A program made the position numbers and the translations under genes. A stretch of 64,000 nucleotides of DNA from assembly GCA_951406725.2 (NCBI GenBank), contig OX597840.1:34968001-35032000 (forward strand). Direction: 5' to 3'. Position 1 is the stretch's first letter. Every line of letters starts with the position of its first letter. Source of the DNA: Octopus vulgaris. Its lineage: Eukaryota. Of this stretch, positions 1 through 12,678 are shown piece by piece. The notes below the pieces were generated by a model. That model searched no databases. It worked only from the letters and a program-made list of their open reading frames with translations, and was not told where the DNA came from.

Positions 1-289
1 GGTCTGCCTCAGCCTAATTTGAAGTGCCGCTAAGCATTTCGTCCGGCGTGTTAACGATTGTAGAAGCTCACTTCTTTGAGGCAGACAGAAATATTGGTTT
101 CAAATTTTGGCACAAGGCCAGCAATTTCGAGGGAAGGGCTAAGTCAATAACATCGACCCCGAAAGGACTAAAGGCAAAGTCAACCTCGGCAGAATTTGAA
201 CTCAGAACGTGAAGACAGACATTTTGCCCGGTGAACAACAGATTCACCCATTTCACTACCTTGAAGCAGACAGAAATATTACAATGTGA

Positions 290-510
290 AGGCAGCGAAC
301 TGGTAGAATCATTAGCACACTGGGCGAAATGCTTTGCGGTATTTCGTCAGCCGCTACGTTCTGAGTTCAAATTCAACCGAGGTCGACTTTGCCATTCATC
401 CTTTCGGGTTCTATTAAATAAGTACCAGTTACGCACTGGGGTCGATGTAATCGACTTAATCCGTTTGTCTTCTCTGTGTTTAGCCCCTTGTGGACAATAA
501 AGAAATAAGA
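290..510 (+). mobile_element. tRNA-derived SINE family B (MetaSINE-like core)
   Basis: Head ggcagcgaactggtagaatc, B-box-like gagttcaaat, core gtcgactttgcc..tcatcctttcggg..aagtaccag, tail agccccttgtggacaataaagaaa. Many copies occur in the window. Confidence 0.8.
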
Positions 511-1176
511 AATGTTACAATGTAATGAAATGAAAATAGAGAATTATCTTCCTTTACACGATATCGAGAGAGAGAGAAAGAGAGGGGGGGGAAATGAAGG
601 AGAGACATATCAAGCAATGTAACTTCATTTCAATTTAGATTTGGTAATGAGGTGTTGTCTAGTTCTAGTTTCATTAATGCAGTGGGTTATGTCCCCTTAG
701 CAACGAAAGACTTTGTTGTTATCTTGTTTCAGTTATTGGATAGCGACCATGTTGGAGCATCATCCTAAAATAACTCCATTGTGTGTGTGTGTGTGCATGT
801 GTTTGGGTGTGTCTTTATTGTGACATCACATGATAGTTGTAAACGAGAATCATTGTTATACAAGTGCAGTTATTTATCTCCAGTCTCCTGTGAAAAACAT
901 GTCCAGCCATGGAGGAATATTACCTCACTTGGAAGCAGGGGAGGGTTGGCAACAGGAAGAGCATCCAGCCATGGAAAATCTGCCTCAAGTTTCATCCGAT
1001 CCGTGGAAGCATGGAAAAGTGGATGTTGAAACGGAGACGTTGTGTGGCCCCAGATCAGCCTTTTATTTGAGCAGACCCCATGATCAAGGACTCAAAGACG
1101 TTCCAACCGAAACCACCCCTTGTTAGAACAGACCTACAGCATACATGTAGAGAGAGAGAGAGAGAGAGAGAGCAAA

Positions 1177-1577
1177 GAAGCAAGGATCGTACAGGAACCA
1201 ATCCATGGCCTTCACCAGTGAAGCAACCATACTGCACTGATGATAATGATGACGATGATGATGTTAGATATCTTATCGAAGCAAGGATCATACAGGAACC
1301 AATCCATGGCCTCCACCAGTGAAGCAACCATACTGCACTGATGATGATGATGATGATGATGATGATGTTAGATATCTTATCGAAGCATGGATCATACAGG
1401 AACCAATCCATGGCCTTCACCAGTGAAGCAACCATACTGCACTGATGATGATGACGATGATGATGTTAGATATCTTATCGAAGCAAGGATCATACAGGAA
1501 CCAATCCATGGCCTCCACCAGTGAAGCAACCATACTGCACTGATGATGATGATGATGATGATGTTAGATATCTTATC
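1177..1577 (+). repeat. ~100-bp tandem repeat x4, each unit ending in a (GAT)n tail (LINE 3'-end-like)
   Basis: Unit gaagcaaggatcatacaggaaccaatccatggcc..ccatactgcac(tga)n..gttagatatcttatc starts at about 1177, 1278, 1382 and 1480. Confidence 0.85.
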
Positions 1578-1920
1578 ATCATCAAACTAAGACAAATAAA
1601 CTGACAAGGATTTTGAATATGTAACAAAACAAACAGACACTCCCTCGCTTTCTCTCTCTCATTCATTCTTTCTTTCTCTCTCTCTCTCTCCATCTCTCAC
1701 ATACAATCGGCCAATTAATCTGCTTTGCTCTGTTCACGGTGAAGATGAAGGAAGAGAAAGAAACGAAGGACTACTTAAACATCGTTAAGTAGACTTTAAT
1801 CAGATTAAACATATTTAAAGTAACAAACTTTCATATAAAACACACAGTTGTGCTTTTGTTATATTCAATTTACTTGTAGTGTTGCCTTTTTATTATACTT
1901 TTTCTGTCTCTTATTATTAT

Positions 1921-2284
1921 GCGGAGGTGCAATGGCCCAGTGGTTAGGGCAGCGGACTCGCGGTTTTGATTCCCAGTCTGGGCGTTGTGTTTATAGAGCG
2001 AAAAACATCTAAAGCTCCATGAGGCTCCGGCAGGGGGTGGTGGTGAACCCTGCTGTACTCGTTCACCACGACTCTCTCTCCCTCTTTTTTCCTGTTTCTG
2101 TCGTACATGTAATTCAAAGGGGCCAGCCTTGTCACACTCTGTGTCATGCTGAATCTCCGAGAGAACTACGTCAAGGGTGCACGTGTCTGTGGTGTGCTCA
2201 GCCACTTGCACGATAATCTCACGAGCAGGCTGTTCTGTTGATCGGATCAACTGGAACCCTCGCCATTGCAAGTGACAGAGTGCC

Positions 2285-2290
<6 letters not shown>
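1921..2290 (+). mobile_element. tRNA(Arg)-like SINE family C
   Basis: Head gcggaggtgcaatggcccagtggttagggcagcggactcgcgg with A/B boxes. The same element lies reversed at 39197-39589. Confidence 0.8.
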
Positions 2291-2326
<36 letters not shown>

Positions 2327-2328
<2 letters not shown>

Positions 2329-2511
2329 CGTAGGAGTGGCTGTGTGGTAAGTAGCTTGCTTACTAACCACATGGTTCCGGGTTCATTCCCACTGCGTGGC
2401 ACCTTGGGCAAGTGTCTTCTACTATAGCCTCAGGCCAATCAAAGCCTTGTGAGTGGATTTAATAGACAGAAACTGAAAGAAGCCCATCGTATATATATAC
2501 ATATATATATA

Positions 2512-2570
<59 letters not shown>

Positions 2571-2722
2571 TTGTGTGTCTGTGTGTGTGTGTATGTTTGT
2601 GTGTCTGTGTTTGTCCCTCCAACATCGCTTGACAACAGATGGTGGTGTGTTTACATCTCCGTAACTTAGCGCTTTGGCAAAAGAGACCGATAGAATAAGT
2701 ACTAGGCTTACAAAGAATAAGT
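2327..2722 (+). mobile_element. tRNA-derived SINE family A (most abundant SINE in the window)
   Basis: ggcgtaggagtggctgtgtggtaag..ggttccgggttc..ccttgggcaagtgtcttc, then internal (TA)/(TG)n, then cgcttgacaac..gaataagtactagg. Confidence 0.85.
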
Positions 2723-3108
2723 CAAGGTGCTATGCAGTGGGACTGAACCCAGAACCATGTGATCGCAAAGCATATTTATTACCGCACAGCCATACACACT
2801 CTAGGGATGAGATTAATCCTGAGGAAAATCACAATCATATAATATTACCTGCAAATGATTTCTGTGCCAGGTGATTGTAACGAGACACCTGAGGTGATTG
2901 TGTGTCAGAAGAGAGAAAAATCACGATGTCTTTACTGTCCATTTCACTGAATGAGGGCAAATACTTTAATTACATTGGCACAAGATCATCACAAATTAAA
3001 AGAGAACAAATTTAATCACCACCACAACAGTGACAGCTAAAAACTACTCGACTTTAAAATGGTTTCCAAGTGAGGGATCCATTTTCTGGGTCACCTCAGT
3101 TTATCTTT

Positions 3109-3515
3109 TACTAGCAGTATAGCCCAGCGTTGCTCGGGTTTGTTTTCTTTTCGACCCTTTAGAATTGGAATTTTTGAAAAGTAAAAAATTTGCATTATGT
3201 AGCTTGTTATTCTCTTTAAGTGAACATTTTTCTGGTTGAAATACACCAAAAAATGGCGACACAGCAGTGAAAAAAATCGTAAAAAATAGGGATTTTCATA
3301 GAAAAAAAAGCACCTTTTTGATGTAAATAATTTTAGGTGTTAACATGGTCGGATTTGAATTTTTTCTTTTACGGAATGAAGAGCAAGCCTTCTTCTATCA
3401 TACTCTCAATTTTAGTCAACTTGTGCCGCAGGGTCACGGAGGAGATAGTGTTAGTTGAAGGCTACCAAACCTGCCATACACACGCACAGACAACTTCAGC
3501 TTTATATATAAAAAT
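3109..3515 (+). mobile_element. Helentron/DINE-1-like non-autonomous element
   Basis: 5' end tactagcagtatagcccagcgttgctcggg; 3' end cacagac..ctttatatata. The same termini occur at 40022-40534 and 47361-47746. Confidence 0.6.
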
Positions 3516-3894
3516 GTATTTTGCTTGTTCCAGTCATTAGACTGTGGCCATGCTGGAGCAGTATCGTGACATGCTTTAATCGAACAAATAAACCCCTGTG
3601 CTTATTTTTTGTTTTTCTCATGTTTGCCCCCTTTTCTTTCAGTGTCTTTTGCTGAACTGCTAGGAAAAATAGAGTGAATGTATTTTATCATGGCATTCAG
3701 CACGATTGCAGCCACCTTGTGTCCTAAAACATTAAGGAATCAGCTCTTTGACTTTTCTATTTATTCAAAACAACATGACCCGGAGCAGTGGTTCTCAACC
3801 AAAGATCCTACAACCCTTGGGGGCCCCATATGAGATTTTATTGGTTATATTTCTAGAAGACATAAAATATTTTAACAATTTTTTGAATGCAATT

Positions 3895-4150
3895 GCCAGC
3901 GTCACCTTGACTGGGTCCTGTGCTGGCGGCACATAAGCACCAACCAATCATGGTCGTTGCCAGCCTCCTCTGGCCCCTGTGCCAGTGGCACGTAAAAGGA
4001 TCCACAACAGTCTCGGAGTGGTTGGCATTAGGAAGGGCATCCAGCTGTAAGAAACATTGCCAGATTAGACTGGAGCCTGGTGCAGCCCCCTGGCTTTCCA
4101 GACCCCAGTCGAACTGTCCAACCCATGCCAGCATGGAAAACGGACGTTAA
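3895..4150 (+). mobile_element. RTE-type LINE 3' UTR fragment (abundant)
   Basis: ggcattaggaagggcatccagctgta..ccatgccagcatggaaaacggacgttaa. The same tail follows the RTE-like ORF end at 13016-13200. Confidence 0.7.
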
Positions 4151-4804
4151 ACCCTTTAGCATTCAAATTTCTTTGTTAAATGTAATCCTTATTTATTTAC
4201 ATTGTTTTGAACATGCATTAGCTCATAGCTTTGAAATTTCAAAGGTGTGTTTGTATACTTTAGAATAACATTGTAGGGTAGGTTTGAGAGGCTGGATGTG
4301 GTCAGTTTTAACATAAAACAGAATATTTGTGCTAGGCATGGCTGGATTAAATGCCAAAGGATTACACATCAAATAGCTATGAAGGTCCGTTGGAACAAAC
4401 AAAATAGGAGTCCAAGGAGGTTCACTGCCAAAATATGAATAAGGGTCATAAAACCCAGAAGGCACCAGCAGAGGTGCTTTATGTTCTCACTTCAAATGCC
4501 GCCAAGGGTAGACAAAATAAGTATTCTAGGGACAAGAGCATGATGGGCGGGGGAGCAGGAGAAATAGTGATGGTGCGACATTATGATGGTAATTATAATT
4601 TTTTAGCATAGACACATTATTTTGGTCCCCAGACAGACAGGTGGTGGTAATTATATCAACGCCATCTGGTACTTTATTTTTATCCACCCGGGGAGAATGA
4701 AAGGGTAGGCTGACCTTGATAGGATTTGAACTTAGAATGTAACTAAATACTTGAGCATATGCTTTTAAGCAGGAATGTAGCAGAACATAATTCAAAGACC
4801 CTGA

Positions 4805-5113
4805 GCAGAGGCACATGGCCTAGCGGTTAGAGCAGCGGATTCGCAGTCGAGGGATCGCAGGTTCGAATCTCAGACCGGGCGATGTGTGTGTTCATGAGTG
4901 AAACACCTAAGCTCCATGCGGCTCCGACAGAAGGTAATGGCGAAACTTCTGCTGACTCTTTCGCCACAACTTTCTCTCACGCTTTCCTCCTGCATCTTGC
5001 AGCTCACCTGTGATGGACCGGCGTCCCGTCCAGGTGGGGAACCTATACGCCAAGGAAACCGGGAAACCAGCCCTTATGAGCCAGGCATGGCTCGAGAAGG
5101 AACAAGCAACAAC
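4805..5113 (+). mobile_element. tRNA(Arg)-like SINE (family C relative) with target-site duplication
   Basis: tRNA head tggcctagcggttagagc..ggttcgaatc, (AAC)n tail, and TSD caaagaccctga on both sides (4793-4804, 5114-5125). Confidence 0.85.
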
Positions 5114-5504
5114 AAAGACCCTGACTTTAGCAACATGGCAGAAGGGACATGGTTAAATCAACTGGTATTTACAAGTGTGTGTGTGCGGGGGGGGGGGGCA
5201 CATGTATCATCATCATTTAGCATCCATTTTTCATGCTGGCATGGGTTGGATGGTTTGACTGAGACAGTAAGGCCAGGAGCTGCAGCTGACCCCATTGTCT
5301 GTTTTGGTGTGGTTTCTACAGAGTGAACTGGGTGTTTTTTTGAGGCACCAACACAGATGCTTTCCACATGGCACCATCACCAGCATCAAGTCTGTTGTGT
5401 GTGTGTTTATTATTCTTATACCAAAATGTTGTTGACAGTGACTACGAAGTTCCATCCAGATAAGCTATTGTTAGACTGCGATGTATTAGAGTTAGTATAA
5501 TGCA

Positions 5505-5550
5505 TTGCAGTCTGATGATGGCTTAGCTGGCCGAAACAAGTCACTCTCAA
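5505..5550 (+). ncRNA. Minimal type-I hammerhead ribozyme motif (Penelope-like)
   Basis: agt-CTGATGA-t-ggct(tagct)ggcc-GAAAC-aa-GTC-act: intact core, stem II, short stem I. Confidence 0.6.
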
Positions 5551-8500
5551 CAACATTCTTGTTTAAGAATTATAAATTTACAGAGATGTACTTGCATAGC
5601 AAGTGACCTGATCTGAGATCGTGTGCTGGAACGAAAACAATTGTAGCATGGAAGGTGTTTATAAGCCATTTAAGAAACACACAAAAACCGTTAGATTTAT
5701 TTCAACATTTAAATTTAATTTGCCAAAATATTTTCATCGCCTTGAGACCGCGACCTGTTCACTGACAAAATTCTATGCAGCACGGAATTTTGTCAGTGAA
5801 CAGGTTGCGGTTTCTTAAATGGCTTATAAATACCTTCCACACAGCAATTATAAATTTCTATTCTATAGAAGTATAGAGTAACCCATCAGATTAATGTAAA
5901 ATTGTTTTTATTATAACTGAACATAAAAAACAAACATTAACACACTCACACCTTAAAATAATTCTGCTTGTCATTCCTTATACTTAGCCTGCTGGTAATA
6001 CCTATGTGTGATTAAAGAAGAGGGAGAAAGAAAAGATGGAGACATAAAAAGAGGGAGAGAGAAGTGTCCATGATGTGAGGAAAGGGGAATGTAATATTTA
6101 TTATGTGGTTAAAAAATTTAGTTGAAGGTAGTGATATAGAGGGGGAGAGTTTAAAATATAATTTTAGCATAGGGGTGATGTTCTGATGGTGAGCTTAACC
6201 CTTTAGTATTTAAACTGGCCATATCCGGCCAAAATATTTAATCTGCTCAAACTGACCAGATTCAGGCTCTCACACCTACCCTACAATATTATTCTACATT
6301 AAGTAATTACACCATCAAGATATTGAAGATATGAGATAATGCATGATTAATTCAAATTAATGGGAAATATACATATAATTGTGTGTGTTTGTGACCTCCA
6401 CTTGACAACTAGTGTCAATTTGCTATGTTCCTGTAACTTAGCAGTTTGGCAATAGAAACTGATAAAATAAGTACCAGGCCTAATAAAAGAAAGTACTTGG
6501 GTTGATCTATTCAACTAAAGATTATTCAAGGTGGTGCCCCAGCATGGCCATGGTCTGATGACTGAAACAAACAAAAATATACATGTGTGTATATGTGCAT
6601 GTGCAAGGGTGTGTGTATGTTTCTGTGTTCAACATAGTAGCACGTACCTGTGACATCAACCACCATACGCCACTGGTACTTATTTTAGCAACACCAGAAG
6701 GATGAAAAAGCAAAGTGGAATTTGTACAAACAGGTAACTAAATACTGCAAGGCACCTACCCGATTTAAAACCATCCACCCCCCATTCACCACCACCAACA
6801 CCCCCCAAAAAACAACAACGACAACAACAACAACAACAAAAAACAGAAGAAAAAAACACGGTTTCTAGTATAGGTAGTACAAAGCTACAAATTTGTAAAT
6901 GTAAATGGCATGAAGCCAGCCAACCAGTTCAGAGTCCATTGTACTAGTGACTACAAGAGGCAGAGACCAGAAACAGCACAGCTGTGAGTTAGTAAGTGTA
7001 GTAGCACCAGCAATAGTAGGAGTGCAGTACGTAGGAGCACCATCTCAGGGACACCATCTGCAGGGGGCACAAGCAGCAGGACTTGCTCCAGAGATTCGGT
7101 TTTTTTTGTTTTGTTTTTTGGGGTTTTTTTTTTTGAAGTGGTGCAGTCTTAAGAACAAGGGTAGCCCTTTCTTTCACGTTTTTTTTTGTGTTTGTTTCAG
7201 TCATTTGACTGCGGCCATGCTGGAGCACTGTCTTCAGTCGAACAGATCGCCCCCCTCCCCAGGACTTGTTCTTTGTAAGCCTAGTACTTATTCTATCGGA
7301 CCCTTTTGCCGAACTGTTAAGTTACGGGGATGTAAACACACCAACATTGGTTGTCAAGCGATGGTGGGGGACAAACACAGCTACACAAACGCACGCACAC
7401 ACATATGTATATATATTCAACGGGCTTCTTTCAGTTTATTTCTTTATTGTCCACAAGGGACTAAACACAGAGGAGACAAACAAGGAGAGACAGAGGGATT
7501 CAAGTTGATTACATCGACCCCAGTGCGTAACTGGTACTTATTTAATCAACCCTCAAAAGGATGAAAGGCAAAGTCGACCTCGGTGGAATTTGAACTCAGA
7601 ACGTAGTGGCAGATGAAATACCGCTAAGCATTTCGCCTGGCGTGCTAACGATTCTGCCAGCCCGCTGCCTTACTCTTTCGGTTTCTGTCTACCAAATGCA
7701 CTCACAAGACTTTGGTCAGCCCAAGGCTATTATGCCTTCACAACATATGATTCTGGTACCTGAATGTCATTCACTTCCAGTATGCTGCAAAAGCATCTCT
7801 GACCACAAGAGAACATAACCTTGTTTGGAAACAGGTGAGGGTTATGTGACAGGAAAAGCATCCAGCTACAGAGAAATTAACCTCAATAAATTCCGTCCAA
7901 TCCATGCAAGCATGGAGAAATGGATGATAAGACAGGTATGATGATGATGGTGAAAGCACAACTCATGAGATGCTATTACAGTAAGAAAGAATGGATGAAG
8001 ATATGTTCCTCATTTCAAGTGCCCTGTTCTGAAAATGTCTGCAACAGAATGGACACCACTGAAGGCAACCAAAAGTGTTAAACAGAACAACAGATTCTGT
8101 CGACTCTTCAGATTTGGGAAATGCTTCGACCCCTTTCTTATCGTTATTGTGATGAAATATTCTATCTCTGTTTCTGTGGCCATTGCCAGCGCCGCCTTGA
8201 CCGGCACAGAAGCCGGTGGCATGTAAAAGGCACCAATTGATCGTGGCCACAGCCAGCCTTCTCTGGCACCTGTGCTGGTGGCATGTACAATGCACCCACT
8301 ACACTCACAAAGTGGTTGGCGTTAGGAAGAGCATCAAGCTGTAGAAATACTGCCAGATCAGACTGGAGCCTGGTGCAGCCTCCTGGCTTCCCAGACCCTG
8401 GTCAAATCGTCCAACCCGTGCTAGCATGGAAAACGGACATTAAATGATGATGATGATGATGTTTCAAATAATAAGAATGAAGATGAAAAATTTAGTAAAA

Positions 8501-9208
8501 TAACTCTCATTATTAAGCTGGTGAAAGTTGGCAAGCTGGCAGAATTGTTAGGAGACTGACCAAAATATTTAGTGGTATTTTGTCCATCCCTTTAATCACT
8601 GAGTTCAAATTCCACCAAGGTCGACTTTGCTTTTCATCCCTTTTGTGGGGTTGATAAAATAAGTACCAACTGAACACGGGGACTGATGTAATCAACTTAC
8701 CCATTATCATCATTGTCATTGTTTAACATCTGCTTTCCATGCTGGCATGGGTTGGACGGTTTGACTGAGGACTGGAGAGCCAGAAGGCTGCACCAGGCTC
8801 AGTCTGATCTGGCAATGATTCTACAGCTGGATACCCTTCCTAATCCCAACCACTCTGAGAGTGTAGTGGGTACTTTTTACGTGTCTAACCCTAACCCTAC
8901 TTACTAAGACTTTGGTTTTTGCTAACTCCCTGAAATTACTGGCCTTGTACCAAAATTATTATTATTATTATTATTATTACTATGGTGGTGAGCTGGTAGA
9001 ATCGTTAGTATGCCGGGCAAAATGCTAAGGAGCATTTCATCTGTCTCTATGTTCTGAGTTCAAACTCTGCAGAGGTCGACTTTGCCTTTCACCATTTCAG
9101 GGTCGATGAAATAAATACCAGTTGAGTACTGGGGTCAATATAATCAACTTACCACCTCCCCCGAAATTGCTGGCCTTGTGCTAAAATTTGAAATCATCAT
9201 CATCATCG

Positions 9209-9257
<49 letters not shown>

Positions 9258-9655
9258 GGTGACAAACTGGCAGAATCGTTAGCACGCCGGGCGAAATGTG
9301 TAGCTGTATTTCGTCTGCCGTTACTTTCTGAGTTCAAATTCCGCCGAGGTCAACTTTGCCTTTCATCCTTCGGGGTCGATTAAATAAGTACCGGTTACGC
9401 ACTGGGGTCGATATAATCGACTTAATCCATTTGTCTGTCCGTGTTTGTTCCCTCTGTGTTTAGCCCCTTGTGGGTAGTAAAGAAATAAGTATTTCGTCTG
9501 TCTTTATGTTCTGAGTTCAAATTCTGCCGAGGTCGATTTTGCCTTTCATCCTTTCAGGGTCGATTAAATAAGTACCAGTTGCGTACTGGGATCGATCTAA
9601 TCTACTGGCTCCTTCCCCCAAAAACTTCTCGGACCTTGTGCCTAGCGTAGAAAAG
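9258..9655 (+). mobile_element. SINE family B with internal partial tandem duplication, inside (ATT)n
   Basis: The body gtatttcgtctg..ctgagttcaaattc..gcctttcatcc occurs twice; (ATT)n on both flanks. Confidence 0.8.
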
Positions 9656-9885
9656 ATTATTATTATCATCACTATTATTACTATTATTATCATTATTATT
9701 ATTAGTGTTATTATTATTATTACTATTATTATTATTAGTGTCATTATTATTATTACTATTATTATTATTATTATTAATATCATTATTATTATTAATATCA
9801 TTATTAGTGTTATTATTATTATCATTATCATTACTATTATTATTATTATCATCATTATTATTACTATCATTATTATTATTATTAT
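9656..9885. repeat. (ATT)n/(ATC) microsatellite
   Basis: Direct inspection. Confidence 0.95.
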
Positions 9886-10244
9886 GGCAGTGAGCTGGCA
9901 GAATTGTTAGCACATCAAGCAAAATGTTTAACAGAATATTTGCAAGCTCCTTATGTTCTGGGTTCAAATGCCGCTGAGAACACCTTCACCTTTCCTCCAT
10001 CCCGAGCCCAGGGGGTCAATGTAAACAACTTCCTTCTCCCCAGGAATCGCTGGCCTTGTGCCATGTCAAAACAATCATTATTATTCGGCAGCAACAGTCG
10101 ATATGGTTTTGGCCCAAAACCACCATTTCAGAATTGTTGTACGACTGACATGTCAAACAAGTTTCTTAGAATCAAAACAAAAGTACAAAACAAACAACAA
10201 AACCTTGTATAATGGTGAATCAACACTGCCACTTTTTGGTACAT

Positions 10245-10900
10245 ATAATAATAATAATGATAATAATAATAATCATCATCATCATCATCGTTTAGCATCC
10301 GTTTTCCATGCTAGCATGGGCTGGACAGTTCAACCGGGGTCTGGGAAGCCAGGAGGCTGCACCAGGCTCCAGTCTGATCTGGCAATGTTTCTACGTCTGG
10401 ATGCCCTTCCTAACGCCAAATAATAATAATAATAATAATAATAATAATCATCGTTTAGCGTCCGCTTTCCATGCTAGCATGGGCTGGACAGTTCAACCGG
10501 GGTCTGGGAAGCCAGAAGACTGCACCAGGCCCAGTCTGATCTGGCAATGTTTCTACGGCTGGATGCCCTTCCTAACGCCAAATAATAATAATAATAATTA
10601 TTATTATTATTACTTGCTGGACCCATGAAAAATTTACAGAAAACATTAAAAAATGCAAGCATCTGTAAAGTCTACTGGTGCCATGAGAATCATCATCATC
10701 CGTTTTCCATGCTGGCATGGGTTGGATGATTCGACCGGGGCCTGGGAAGCCAGGAGGCTGCACCAGGCTCCAGTCTGATCTGGCAGTATTTCTACAGCTG
10801 GATGCCCTTCCTAACGCCAACCACTCCATGAGTGTAGTGGGTGCTTTTTACATGCCACCGGTACAGGTGCCAGGGAGGCTGGCAGCGGTCAAGTTGGTGC
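10245..10900 (-). mobile_element. Three tandem RTE-LINE 3'-end fragments, the first two bounded by (AAT)n
   Basis: Repeated ccatgctagcatggg..ctgggaagccag..ggatgcccttcctaacgccaa at about 10290, 10450 and 10700. Confidence 0.75.
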
Positions 10901-12212
10901 TTTTTGCGTGCTACTTGCAGGTTATATGCCACCACATTCTGAGTTCAAATTCTGCCGAAATCGACTTTGCTTTTCATCCTTTCAGGTTCGATAAATTAAG
11001 AACCAGTTGCGTACTGGGGTTGATCTAATCAACTGGCCCCTTTCCCACAAAAAATTCAGGCCTAGAAAAGTATATTGTGACAGTTACTAAAAATAGAAAG
11101 TAATGTAACACCAATGACAATATAATCCAACCAAAATATCTCAGTTACACAGACGTAAAAAAGGAGAGGGAGAAGGAACAAATAAGATGTCCCAGTAAGG
11201 AACCAACCACTTAGGGTCAACAAAGGAAACCCACAGATCCGGGAGGACACTGACTACAGAGAGCAAGTGAGCCCTCCCAAACAGTATTCTCTGGACAAGA
11301 GGAACATGCTGAGACTAGTTCCATTCATGCAGAAGACTATTCTTACTTGCCACTCTCCATATTTAATGGAGAGAAGCACTTCCCCTTCCAATTCAAGAGA
11401 AACTTGGAGAAGTTGATGGGGGCAGTGGGCATAGTTAGGGTGTGTGCACTGCTTGAGGGTCACCCTTGTATTTTCCATCATCTCCCTTGTCATCACTGTC
11501 ATTTAATGTCCATTTTCCATGCTGGAATGGGTTGGACAGTTTGGCAAGAGCTGCACCAGGCTCCACTTGTCTGCTGTGGTATGGGTTCTATGGTTGGATG
11601 CCCTTCCTAATGCCAACCACTTTACAGAAAGGCCTGGGTGCTTTTCATGTGGCAACAGCACTGGCCAGGTCTGCTTTGGCATGGTTTCTACAGCTCAATG
11701 CCCTTCCTAATGCCAACTACTTTACAGGGTGGACTGAATGCTTCTTAAGTGGACCCAGCACTGGCAAGGTCTGCTTTGGCAGGGTTTCTACAGCTGGATG
11801 CCCTTCCTAATGCCAAACCACTTACGGGGTGTAGTGGGTGCTCTTTACATGACACCAGCAGGGGTGCTCTAAAGGTGGCACCAGCACAGGTGCTTAATAG
11901 TAGCATGTGACACCAGGCCCCGATAATGCCAACTCCATAAAAGTGTCACCCAGGGCAATGCCACCACCACCACCTCAACCACCTTGCTATGCTACTGTGA
12001 TGAGGACACGACTGAAGAGGAAAATGTGTCTTTGGTCCTTTCAATCGTGTCCGTCACACAAAAGACAACCTCTTCTGCCATAGCCACTGGTGGCACTGGT
12101 AACGACCATGCTTGAATGGTGCCTTTTTTTATGTGCCAACAGCACAGGAGGTAGTCAGCAGCCCTGGCAAGGATCACACTCAAAAAGTGCTTTTAACATT
12201 CCACTGGCACGG

Positions 12213-12250
<38 letters not shown>

Positions 12251-12454
12251 AAGTAGATAAATGAATTATCTTATTACGGATAATTCAAATGATAACCGAT
12301 ACCTGGGTAGCAAAAATCACAACAGAAAAAGCACGGTTGAAGTTACGACCATGGGGCCTAAAAACCGTGCCTTAGTGCGGAAATTTGAAGTTTTATATAT
12401 TAAGTGTAGGAAGAAATGGAGCTGAACGAAGATTTAACAAAATTCCTTTATATT

Positions 12455-12540
12455 ATTTTCTACATATGTTTCGAAGGCTGCAAAGTCCCTAATTCGGATT
12501 GAATAAGGAGTCCATTTTGCAGCTTTCTCTTCAGGAAAAT
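12455..12540 (-). ncRNA. Type-I hammerhead ribozyme motif (Penelope-like, long stem II)
   Basis: Minus strand: attttc-CTGAAGA-gaaagctgcaaa..tttgcagccttc-GAAAC-atat-GTA-gaaaat. Perfect 6-bp stem I, 11/12-bp stem II base, palindromic loop III. Confidence 0.8.
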
Positions 12541-12632
12541 CCAGGAACTTAATTCTCCAACAAAATGCACAACAAGCCTTTCGACAAACGCTCACGAGGA
12601 GCCCATGAAATAAATGAGCTTTTTTCCTACAC

Positions 12633-12678
<46 letters not shown>

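Noticed and set aside
1921-2000. tRNA-like sequences at SINE heads (also 4805, 36709, 39500)
   Set aside because: They have A/B boxes but continue into SINE bodies and lack a full cloverleaf, so they are not tRNA genes.
6550-6575. CTGATGA..GAAAC inside a SINE tail (also 62527 and the (GAT)n tails)
   Set aside because: No room for stem II and no stems I/III; chance matches to the hammerhead core.
11254-11502. Unique-looking segment with a minus-strand gtaaga donor; also the unique segment at 7963-8160
   Set aside because: No recognisable protein similarity, weak acceptors, and no resemblance to XPO4 exon 2.
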